Shown here piece by piece: positions 25,629 to 36,400 of a DNA stretch of 64,000 nt. The notes below the pieces were generated by a model. The model ran no database searches and was not told the DNA's origin. It was given only the letters and a program-made list of their open reading frames with translations. The DNA lies in the NCBI GenBank assembly GCA_965112155.1, contig OZ218101.1, one strand, 5' to 3'. The position numbers were made by a program, and so were the translations under genes. This stretch comes from Podarcis liolepis (lineage: Eukaryota). The first letter of the stretch is position 1; each line of letters begins with the position of its first letter.

Positions 25629-26130
25629 GTAATGTGATGTTTCACCCTAAAGGCTTTGTCCATGTTGTTCTGTCAGTGCACTTACTTAATAGTCTTGAGT
25701 CTTGCCCATTGAATGCTTAATGGTGCGGCACAAATTGTTATTAATAGCTTAAATCAGTGGTTTTCAGTCTGTGCTCTGGGGATCCCTTAATGCAGGACAG
25801 TCTTCTCTGGAAGACAGCCACCCACCACTACCAATTTTTCCGTGACCCCACAGCTGCAAGGGAAAAGAGTGTTGGTTGGTTTTCTCCCCAGAGCTATTCC
25901 TCAGCAGACAATTGATGCGTTCTTAATCTTGTTGAATCAGAAAGGTTTTGAGTGATTCTGGCTGGATTGTTGAAGGCATGGAGTATTGTATTCACAGTAA
26001 ATGCCCATTTATGGATTTCCCAGTGTGAACAGTTATCTGAACATTTTTTGTTTATATGATTCAGTTCAGTAGCTTAAATGTAGCTAAGTATGTTTTCATT
26101 ATTCTTCCTCTTTTTCCAACTTCCCTTTAG

Positions 26131-26316
26131 GTGTAGCAGAAAAAACACAGCTTTTAAAACTAAATGTACCTGCGACATTTATGCTTGTGGCACTGGATGA
26201 AGGCCCAGGTCCTCCAATCAAATACCAGTATGCTGAACTAGGCAAACTCTATACTGTGGTGTCCCAGTTAATCCGCTGTTGCAATGTGTCATCACGTATG
26301 CAGTCTTCTATCAATG
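26131..26316 (+). CDS. USP9X: USP9X exon ~39
   Basis: ctttag|GTGTAGCA...TCAATG|gtactg; [33 protein letters not shown]. Confidence 0.95.
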
Positions 26317-27107
26317 GTACTGTTAACTCTGGAGCATTTAAACAGAATATATTTGTGATTAAATGTGTGTGGCAGTTTATTATTCATCATGGCATCTCAC
26401 TAATCTTTTGTCTGTTACGCTGGCCTGTGTTTACTTAAAGATTTGGAAAAGTTTCAAATCATTAAAATACAGTAAGCTCACAACTTACACACGTTTAAGT
26501 TGTGCTCGTTCAGCTTTCCATGCTTGGCATTTTTTAAAGAAAAGAAATTAGAAAGGAGACTGGCATCCAGGAGAAAAGACTTCGGCAGTCCCACCTGCCA
26601 TTGTACCCAATGTGTTTTGACTGTACTTGATTTTTAGTTTAGGCGTGATCGTGATCCCTGGAATGTAACCTTCCATGTAAGTTGAGGAACCAACTGTATG
26701 TGCAACGGTTGGTTCTCTTAAATGTGTCTAGATGTGACACAACTATTCCATATTTTGCTAGTGCAAGTTAAGCCTATTCCAAGGGAAGTCTTAGAAAAGC
26801 CTTGTTTAATTGTACAGGCTTTGATTTTTCACTAAGGAATACTACCAAACCCCATGTTTTACAAAACCAGCCACAATGCTTTACAGTGATCATAACTGTT
26901 ACATCAGAAGTTTAATCTGCTTCTGTCAGACTTGGCCTAGGTGAATACTTACAAAATAGCGATTTTCATAATCGAACAAGAGACATTTCACATATGTCTG
27001 TAATGTACTTCACATGTTCTGTGAAGTAATTAAAAAGATGACATTAAATAGTACCTTGTTGGTTTCTGTAGTTCAAATAAAAAATAATATATCAAATTTC
27101 TTTTTAG

Positions 27108-27328
27108 GTAATCCTCCACTTAGCAACCCTTATGGTGATACTAATTTATCACAGCCTATAATGGCACTTCAGCAGAATGTGGCAGACATCTTGTTTGTGC
27201 GAACTAGTTATGTGAAAAAAATAATTGAAGACTGCAGTAACTCAGAAGAGACCATCAAACTACTTCGCTTCTGCTGTTGGGAGAATCCTCAGTTTTCATC
27301 TACAGTCCTTAGTGAACTACTTTGGCAG
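27108..27328 (+). CDS. USP9X: USP9X exon ~40
   Basis: ttttag|GTAATCCT...TGGCAG|gtaaaa; [10 protein letters not shown]...[20 protein letters not shown]. Confidence 0.95.
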
Positions 27329-27665
27329 GTAAAAAATGATTAAAATGTCAGGAAAGGTGTGTTTTATTCAAGAGGTTGATGTGCAGATGTCATTGTCCCT
27401 TGATTTTCATCCTGTTAGTCTTTAGAGTTGCAACAAGTAGTGGTTACTTTAAAAAAAGTCACCACCAGAGAAAATGAATGCTCTTTCAATGATAAAGCCT
27501 AATTTAACAGAAATATTTCCTTGGCTTGCGGCATTGAAACGAAAGCTCTTTCATAATATAATACTGTACCCATCCAGTTATTCATAGCATGAATTCTCCT
27601 GTACTACACACTTAAATAATCATTAAGTGCATGTTAATATTTTCCTCAAATTCCACTTTTTAAAG

Positions 27666-27754
27666 GTTGCATATTCATACACATATGAACTTCGACCGTA
27701 CTTGGATCTCCTTCTGCAAATCTTGCTAATTGAGGACTCTTGGCAGACTCACAG
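27666..27754 (+). CDS. USP9X: USP9X exon ~41
   Basis: ttaaag|GTTGCA...CACAG|gttagc; [30 protein letters not shown]. Confidence 0.95.
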
Positions 27755-27962
27755 GTTAGCACTTGGGTTTTTGGGTTCTGCATTTTTTGCATTAATAATG
27801 TGGTGCTTCTGTGTGAAAGTCTTGGTGATTGCTTCATGGAGACATAGCATATTTTAGTTGCCTACTGGAAACAATAAAGTACCTTAAGCCATATCCAAAG
27901 TGACTGTTAACAAAGCATATGGGGACTGCCAAATGGCCATGCACTCTATATACCTATACCTC

Positions 27963-27996
<34 letters not shown>
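27963..27996. repeat. Compound (TA)n(GA)n microsatellite
   Basis: Read directly. Confidence 0.9.
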
Positions 27997-28215
27997 TTGA
28001 TATGTATGATGTATATGATAAATTAGCTAGCAAGGTTTTTGTGCAATTGTTACTTTAAATTAAATTTTACAGAGGAGTTTAGTTGTTAAAACTGTTAAGC
28101 TGTTAATTCCTTGGTTCAGCTATCTTCTCTGAGAATGCACTAGGTGGTTCTGGATAAAGCATTATTCTCTTCTCTGCTTCCCATCTGTTACATGGGGGTG
28201 ATAATACTGGTGTAC

Positions 28216-28365
28216 CTTCTTTGGCGATCACTCGTAGCCGAGTAAGATTGTCTTCCATGAACACAGTCTTAACAGTGAGTCCATAAGTGACTGGGGGAGC
28301 CAATTCTGGATCCACACATCTTTCCAGATTGGGGACATAGGTTTCTGGGTGGACGTTGATCATGG
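28216..28365 (-). mobile_element. RTE-clade LINE 3' end (5'-truncated)
   Basis: Minus strand reads CGSRIGSPSHLWTH (RTE C-terminal SRIGLxSH-like motif), then a short 3' end finishing in CCAAAGAAG. Confidence 0.7.
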
Positions 28366-29030
28366 CGGCATACTTTACCAGGAAGAAGACAAGAAGGACT
28401 ACTGAGATGAGGGGGAACTGTTTTGAGTACTTGGGAAAACTGCTATATAAACACTGAGCCTTATTAAATTGGTTGACTGTTTTATTTTGTGTGAATCAAT
28501 CTGCTATAAAAATCATTCAGGCTATAGCTCAAAAGGATTTTTAATTTTATTTCTGCAGGGAAGTGGAGGGAGTTTATGGTAGAGAAACAGCAGCTGGGTT
28601 CAGGAAAGCTTAGGCAGAAGAGACCTGAGGTCACTTTGCATGGGCCCTAAAAAAAATCTGGTACAGGCCATAATAGTGATTACCAAGTGAGAAAATGAAC
28701 ACATTCTGCATATTTAGATGTCACCCTTTTAGAAGAGGGTGTGAAGAAAAAAATTAAAAATATCACTGACAGTGCTTCACAACTACTGGTACTCTGTAAT
28801 GATACGGCAAGATCCTAGGAGAGAGACATTCCATCTTGTTATGAGTAGAGGGGACGTGCCTCTCCTAAGATTGTGTCTTACGCCCACAGTTTTGCAAGTA
28901 CAGACACTGGTTATCTGGATCTGCTGGGTCTAAGCTTGTGCAACATTTTAATTTATGATGCTGACATTTACATGCATGTTTATAGTCTGTGTGAAATTCT
29001 GACTTTTTGCTGTGTTTGGGATTCTCTTAG

Positions 29031-29187
29031 GATTCACAATGCACTTAAAGGAATTCCAGATGACCGGGATGGGCTATTTGATACCATTCAACGCTCTAAG
29101 AATCATTATCAGAAAAGGGCTTACCAGTGTATAAAGTGTATGGTAGCTCTTTTCAGCAACTGTCCAGTAGCCTACCAGATTTTACAG
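29031..29187 (+). CDS. USP9X: USP9X exon ~42
   Basis: tcttag|GATTCAC...TTACAG|gtaatt; [36 protein letters not shown]. Confidence 0.95.
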
Positions 29188-29394
29188 GTAATTACTTTTA
29201 TCTCAAGAAAAAATTACTTTCTCTATTTTTCTAATGCTACGAAAAGAGGGACAGGGCTGAGCCAAGGTTAGTTATAACAGAACTCTTTCTGCAGAGTCAC
29301 TAAGATAAAGCCATGGTCTTGTATATTTTATCCAAATAAATTGGGGAAAACACCACCAAGAGCAAATGTCTATTCCCTCATAGAAATAAAATTA

Positions 29395-29473
29395 GAACAG
29401 AATTGTAGGATTGGAAGGGATTATCGAGTCGAACGCCCTGCAACAGAGGTATCTCAACTAAAGCATCCATGAC
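29395..29473 (-). mobile_element. CR1 LINE 3' remnant
   Basis: AGAATTGTAGGATTGGAAGGGA...ATCGAGTCGAAC matches the reverse complement of a CR1 terminus. Confidence 0.5.
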
Positions 29474-29650
29474 AAAATAGAACCGCAGGGACCTTACTGG
29501 AGTATTTTTTGTTTGCTTTGGTTTTTTGTTTTACAAAAATCAAGAGTAATGAATGGGAAACTATACACCCCGTTTAAAAAGCTGCATTGGACTGAGGTGT
29601 GTTTAGAAGTAATTTTAAAATATTGAATGGCCTTTTTTTCATCTTTTCAG

Positions 29651-29863
29651 AGTAATGGAGATTTGAAGAGAAAGTGGACCTGGGCAGTAGAGTGGCTTGG
29701 AGATGAGCTTGAACGTAGGCCATACACTGGCAATCCACAATATACATATAACAATTGGTCTCCTCCGGTCCAGAGTAATGAAACATCAAATGGCTACTTC
29801 CTAGAGAGATCACACAGTGCAAGAATGACCCTTGCAAAAGCTTGTGAGCTGTGCCCAGAGGAG
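29651..29863 (+). CDS. USP9X: USP9X exon ~43
   Basis: tttcag|AGTAAT...GAGGAG|gtaagg; [25 protein letters not shown]. Confidence 0.95.
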
Positions 29864-30560
29864 GTAAGGAGTGAATTTACAACTAACGTTGCTTTGGCAT
29901 TCTTTGGAAGACAAACAACTTGTTTCATAAAATTCCTGATAGAAATATATGTTAGTTACATAGTTGAAATGCTAGCTGGCACTATAAGATTTATGAGTTG
30001 TTTCTAGCTTAGTGAGACTTTGGAACTCATAAGTAGGCAGGAGTTAAGTCCTCCACTGTACCAAGTGCCCCCAGTTATCACTGTGAGAGGCAAGGGAGAC
30101 TGAGCACTCCTCTGTCCACAGCCTCCAAACCTGTAGTTCTTAATATAGCAGCATCTACTTCTGATAGCTGTTACATAGTATAGGATTTAGAGAGGTGCCT
30201 GCAGAAGGGGTTGGCAGAAGCTGAATTTCTTTCTTGTTCCTTCTCAAAAGGAGCTTCTTCCAAGTGTCTGGGTATTCTGATTCATTTGGGGTGGGAGAAT
30301 CTGCCCAGATTTTTATTTTGGAGTTCCTCCCTTATGCTCCATGTCATAGCCAACCATATATCAGGGTTGCCCAAACCCTTAAAAGAGGCTGGGATAGTGG
30401 GCAGTTATGTGATGGAAGCGGCAGGGTAATCAGCTTCCACCCACACATTCTGCAGGAATTTCTCTGGGTCCAATCAATTGCCATACAAAAATAAGGGCAA
30501 GGAATTTAAATGTGAAAAGTAGTTTTATTTTTTGTTTTAATGGACAATTTTCATTTTTAG

Positions 30561-30656
30561 GAACCAGATGACCCAGATGCCCCTGATGAGCATGAGTCCT
30601 CTCCACCAGAAGATGCTCCATTGTATCCCCATTCGCCTGGTTCCCAGTATCAACAG
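30561..30656 (+). CDS. USP9X: USP9X exon ~44
   Basis: ttttag|GAACCA...CAACAG|gtaagc; [32 protein letters not shown]. Confidence 0.95.
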
Positions 30657-32022
30657 GTAAGCAGAGAATTATCTTTAAAACATGTCAATTCATTTTGGTA
30701 TCCTTTGAACTTTTTGCCTCAGCTTTTAAAAAACATATTGCCAGTTTTATTCCTTTTAGGACAAGGATAACTGTTTCACAAGAACATCATAGAATGTGAT
30801 TCAGGTAGACAGGCTCTTCCAGCAAAGTGTAATGTGCAGGCAGGTTTTTTGTTTTAAGTATCTTGTGAATGCCCTCACAGACAACTATTATATGGGAACA
30901 ATTATCTAACTTTTTTCTCTGTGAGCCAGCAAGCCAACTTGAATCAACTCACAGGTGCATCCAGAGAAAAACTAAATTCCCCCAATATGACATGTCCATT
31001 GATGCTTTGAAGGCCACTTTAGAAAACAACCTATACATTGTAAAATGCCTAAAATTTCACTTACGTTTTGCACCCAGTGATCTGCTAATAGAAGTTTCTG
31101 AACCAGCATTGAAGTCTGATTCTGCCCTGCTATAGTTCATGTATAACACCATGTGACCTTAAGTTGCATGTATGTACATCTCTTAAAAGTTAAATGCCTT
31201 TGTAAATGTAGTGCTAACTCCAGAAAGCTAAAATTGTAATTATCTTGCATTACCTTCGTAACTCATACATAACCAGTATTTGTTCCCTTTCCTTTCCTAA
31301 ATAATTAATTCTATATCCTTAATCTGTTAATTTCCTTTCCTGCTCATTTTCCTTCATCTTGCTTTCTTTATCGATGTGTTCAGCAGAGCAGTTGGTAAGT
31401 GATATAGACCCAATCTCCTCAAAGTTGAAACACGTTTAACCACCAGCTCCCTTATTTGTTAGTGTGTGGTGTCTTCACTTTCTCACAAGAGCTGGCTTTT
31501 TTCACCTGCTAACATGCACAATGGCTATATTTTAAGTCCAATTTTAGCTTCATAGTTGACCCAACTTCACATTACACAAAGGTACACGAATGTTTTACAT
31601 CTGCCAGTTTAGGTGTGTTAACAGTTAAAACAAACATATTTGATGATGATCACCTCAAGTCATTTTATTAAGTTTGACACAAGAAATATACTGTCCCTTT
31701 GGAAGAAAGGCCATTCACAATTATCACTTCCTGTTTCTGTGTACTAATTAAAACTTTCCTCCCCACCATTCCATTTCTGAAGATTTGTTATGAGGACCTT
31801 CACATAAAGCTTCAGCTTTTGCATGAAGTTGGAATTAATTAACTGTAACCTTGACCTTTCAATTTCAGTGCAAATTTATCTGTTCTATTTTTAGTTGGCG
31901 GTAAGTGTGAGTAGCTCTCTAGTTGTAATTTAAAAATATAAATTATTGCTTGCCCAGTTCCCTGAGCTACTTCTTTGGGGAAATATAGAAGTTATTCTTA
32001 ACATGTGTTTTGTCTCTTCCAG

Positions 32023-32157
32023 AATAACCATGTGCATGGACAACCATATACTGGCCCAGCAGCACATCATATGAACAACCCTCAGCGAACTGGCCAACGA
32101 GCACAAGAAAATTATGAAGGCAGTGAAGAGGTTTCACCGCCTCAGACGAAAGAATAG
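32023..32157 (+). CDS. USP9X: USP9X terminal coding exon ~45
   Basis: ttccag|AATAACCAT...ACGAAAGAATAG; [22 protein letters not shown]...PPQTKE*. Confidence 0.95.
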
Positions 32158-33780
32158 TGGAAATGCACATAATTAACTTGCCCCATCAAGACTGTGCACC
32201 CAGGCCTTACAGTCCAACTTTTCTCTGTGTCTGGNNNNNNNNNNNNNNNNNNNNNNNNNNNNNNNNNNNNNNNNNNNNNNNNNNNNNNNNNNNNNNNNNN
32301 NNNNNNNNNNNNNNNNNNNNNNNNNNNNNNNNNNNNNNNNNNNNNNNNNNNNNNNNNNNNNNNNNNNNNNNNNNNNNNNNNNNNNNNNNNNNNNNNNNNN
32401 NNNNNNNNNNNNNNNNNNNNNNATTCTTAAGCAAGAAACATTTTTTTGTCTTGATGAGACTCACAGATCTACAACAATTAATTTCTTGATATATCCGCTG
32501 CGCTCTACAACCAGTGTTGCCTGCCTAATGGCAGTTGGATCAACTTCTTTCCCCAAAAAAGTAAGCCTCTCCATGTCAACCAGAAAAATAGTTTCATGTT
32601 AATTCTTTGCCACTGGAGTCAATTTTACTATGAGCAACGTAATGACTGGTAACCTTTTAATTATTTGGTTGATGTGGAAAATTGGTGATGTAACATTGTT
32701 TCTAGGTCTTTTTTCATTGCCTTTTTCATTCTGGTATTAGGTTAATCACTTTGAAGCTATAGTTAAGCTGTAACATTTAGCATGGCTTCACACCAGGTTA
32801 GTGTAGCCAGTGAGGAAAGAAAAATTACAGTTGTCCCAGAGTGACAACTGTGTTGTTCAGAGCCTATTCTTCTGCCACCTAGAATATAAAACAGGGAGGG
32901 GAGGGTTGGGCAATGTGACAAACAGGTGGTTTTCAGTTGCACATATGTTCCTCACATCTGATGTTTGACAGTTTTGTCTCTGGGTGGGATAAAAGAACAC
33001 TTAGTTTTCAGTAATAGGAAATTAAAAGATTTAAAACAAATATGCAAATTTTTGCTATGCCAGGATGCCTGGAGCATAATAGACTGTATTTGGTGTGCTT
33101 GTTTTGTTTCTTTGGTAGAGCTTATTTGATAAACTTCTAACACTTTCCTTTCTACTGCATTGCAGTGAAGTGGAAGTCAACAAAATCACACAATACTTGT
33201 GAGTGCCACTGCACCAAGTTAACTTGCTGGTTTTCTGCTCGTTCACAATTCTACTTGAAAACAAGAATTGAATCTTAGCTCTTTGTCCATGATAAGAGAA
33301 ATCGAAACCTTAGAAGCAGAGATTGATTATTAAAAAAACAAACAAACTACTGGTTAGTCAAATACAAAACTGAGGTATCTCTATTCCAGAGTAAACATTT
33401 GTTTAAGGACTTCAAGGAAGACATCAGTAAATACTGTATTTAAATTAAAATTGGTAACTTGAATGTGTGTAATTATTTTGGAATCTGTCGAAAAACCAAA
33501 TACCCCTGCAAAACAGATACAGCCCACCCTATACTATTTAAATATTTGCTGTTTTATTTTATAGAAATTATTTTGCTGAATTCACAAATAGAATTTGATT
33601 TAAGAAGACCATTTTTGTCCTGTGGTGTGTGTGTGGTTTTTTTTTTTTAAACAGACTGCACAGGTAGTTGAATTCTGTGCACTATACCGAATTCTGGAAC
33701 TAAAGTCGCATTGAGAATTGGTGAACAGAAATTTGACCCTTGACAAGAATAAAAAAGGAAAACTGTAATAGTTTCTTAAT
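32158..33780 (+). other. USP9X: USP9X 3' UTR (proximal form; may extend to about 35300)
   Basis: Follows the stop codon; AU-rich, no repeats recognised; AATAAA at 33748-33753 and further AATAAA near 35147 and 35259. Confidence 0.7.
32235..32422. other. Assembly gap (188 N)
   Basis: Run of N. Confidence 1.
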
Positions 33781-36340
33781 GTGACTATCTTGTACTTTTT
33801 GTATGTTTTATATATACATATATATTTAATGAGCACAAGCTTGAAGGTATTTTATACAATTGAGTTAATACAAAAATGCTGCTTATCAAACTGAGGATTT
33901 ATAGTTGAACAAAGTGAGAAACTCACAAGTGCGTTCTTTTGCATTTAGTGTAATAAGATAGTCTTAAACCATTTTTAAATATTCTATGTAGCAGCGATCA
34001 CTTTACCCTTCCAGATTTTCTCTAGTATTCATGTTAATTGTTATGTTTCTAACAGCAGTTAATTGGATTGGTTGACAACGTTTGAGTGAAACATTCCCCA
34101 TGTACGTGGGTATGTTTAGTGTTGACTTAAATCAAAATATTAGCCTGTTTTGTATTAGAGCTGCAACAGTTCATATTTCCTTAGACCAGTAATTATTGTT
34201 AAAAATGTTTTTTCAAAGACTATCTTTCTATACAGGAACATGGAACTTGTTACTTTGGCCTTGGAAAAATGATTAGTGTCAAGTGATTGTGAAAATACTT
34301 TTTCTTTTTCTTTCTTTTTTAAACTTACTTTCACAAGGCTATGACAAAACCCTCCTGGAGATAGTTTTCAGACAACTACTTAGGAGGTATTGCGGGTTAT
34401 CTTTTCCCCCTGGAAGAGAGACTCCTGAGACTATTGCCTCTTTAAAATTAATGTGTAGCAGAAACCTGAAAAATCATTTTCTTCCTTCTTGGCAAAACGT
34501 CTCATTTATTCATTTTAAGTGAAAATGTTCTGAATAATAATTAATGCATGCTTCTGTCAGAGTTTTGGCAGCAGTCACTTTAAAGCTGTAATGTAATACC
34601 TCAATATGAATGGCACACATTAAAACAAGTCCTCAAAGTGCCTAAAGGTTTAATTTTACTCTTCTGCTAATTATTGAATCCTAATTTTTGTTTGTAACAG
34701 CTAATGGGAAATCCCTGTCTTCCATAAAAGCAATCCATCCAACAGTAATCCTACATTTTTCCTAATCATTTGACATTAAATATATAGAAACTGATCACCC
34801 GTAGGAAAAGCTTTTAGTGTGTTTGTATCAGACTGTGTTTGTGTAAATAGCTTCCTTTGCTTTACCAGAAGCAGTTCTTTGTGCAAATGAATTTTTGCCA
34901 CTGACTTCAGTGAGGAAACCTTAACGTTCTGTTTTTGTGTTAGCGCTGCTAAATCACTCTAGTTACGGAGGTATGCATGGCTACCAACTTGCTGGGTCTT
35001 CATTACATATTGTCACTTTGGGAGAGCTTTTGAATGCTGAAAGTAATGGGAGCCTCAGTTTTCATTTAAAAACTAATAGATTTTAGTGGTTGTGGAAACA
35101 AAAGTATGTCTGCAGTGTCCACTGAAGATTCAAAAAGCAAAAGAGAAATAAAAAGAATCCAAAATGGAATTTTAAACCTCATGATTCTTAAGCCATGTTA
35201 TGTCTTTTTAAAAGGACCATTAATTTTAAAGAATTAGCTTTAGAAACACAAATGTAATGAATAAATTTGCTTCCCAGTTGGATTTAAGTTGTAACTAGCA
35301 AACCTTTTCCAGGCAGTGTATTAAACTCTGGGTGTCATTAATTGATGTCATTACTAAATTACAAAGGAAAGGAAAGAGATGGGAGTAGAATAAGTATGCT
35401 GTTGTTCCTTTAGCTACACATTTGTATAGAAGCGAATGTTCATCACCACAGTGGTATTATCGCAAAGTGCAATTCCATTTTGAACTGAATGCAAAATATT
35501 AATTTGTTGTGGTGTCCATCTTTTCTATAAGGATGTTTCCTAAGTGTTTCCTTCATACCTCCCTTGCATTTCAGTGCAGCTTTCCTGGGACAATTTTCAT
35601 AAGTTGTACCAAGAGAATTCCCCCCCCCCAAAAAAAGCTCTGTATTATTCATAAACATGCTGGTAACACTAGCAAATGTTATATGGCTAAACATTTACAT
35701 TTGTTTTTCTTTCTCTGTTAAGCAAGCTATGGTAGTATGTATTTTTTTAAAAAAAATCTTCCCAAAAAGGAAAATGTAGGATGCTAGAGAAGGTTATAGA
35801 GAAAAACAATTGTGGGGAAAAACAAGCACTCTTATTGAATGGAGATTATGGAAGATAACAGAATATTGTGGCTGGCATAGTAGCGGCTCATCATGACTGT
35901 GGATGCATCACCTCATTTACAGTAGATTAGTAGATCTTAGGAACCACTCATTAAAGGAAATGGGCAGAAAAGAACCTCCCTGCTCTCCCTCCTAAATCTC
36001 CAAATCACCTTTTCTGAGGGTTGAAAATCCTGGGTGGGTTATGACCTTGGGAGCTAGGGGAAAGGGGAGAATTGGCCAAGATTTTGAAGCGTCTTCAGCA
36101 AAGATGCACTTGCACAAGGTTCTGCTGTCTGAGTTGGGACAATCTCCCCATCCCACTGTGCCATAGCCCACCCCTCAAGAAACCCTCAGAAAAGGGTGTT
36201 GGACAGTGTAGGGAGAAGGACAATCCCCTTTTGTTGTTTTCCTTCCATGAGCAATTCTTAGGATCCAGCCCAGTCCTTTTCAGGGAAGCCCATTCACACA
36301 TGTGGAAATAAGCTGCCATGTGTTAATCACACACACTGCT

Positions 36341-36400
36341 TGGCAGGGGGTTGGACTCGATGGCCCTTGTGGTCTCTTCCAACTCTATGATTCTATGATT
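36341..36400 (+). mobile_element. CR1 LINE 3' terminus
   Basis: GGGTTGGACTCGATGGCCCTTGTGGTCTCTTCCAACTCTATGATTCTATGATT, the CR1 ATTCTATG-repeat tail. Confidence 0.8.

Larger units (their letters stand above)
624..32157 (+). other. USP9X: USP9X gene, 3' part (32 coding exons, about human exons 14-45); 5' part lies upstream of the window
   Basis: All 32 exons have AG/GT boundaries and compatible phases. Summed length is 5896 nt (1 nt finishing an upstream codon + 1965 codons incl. stop). Translation closely matches vertebrate USP9X/FAF-X as I recall it. Confidence 0.98.

Noticed and set aside
30760-30804. 45-nt AG...GT segment in the last USP9X intron
   Set aside because: Weak donor (GTAGAC), short pyrimidine tract and an in-frame TAG; much weaker than the two microexon candidates
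32157-32489. ORFs spanning the N run
   Set aside because: Artefacts of the assembly gap
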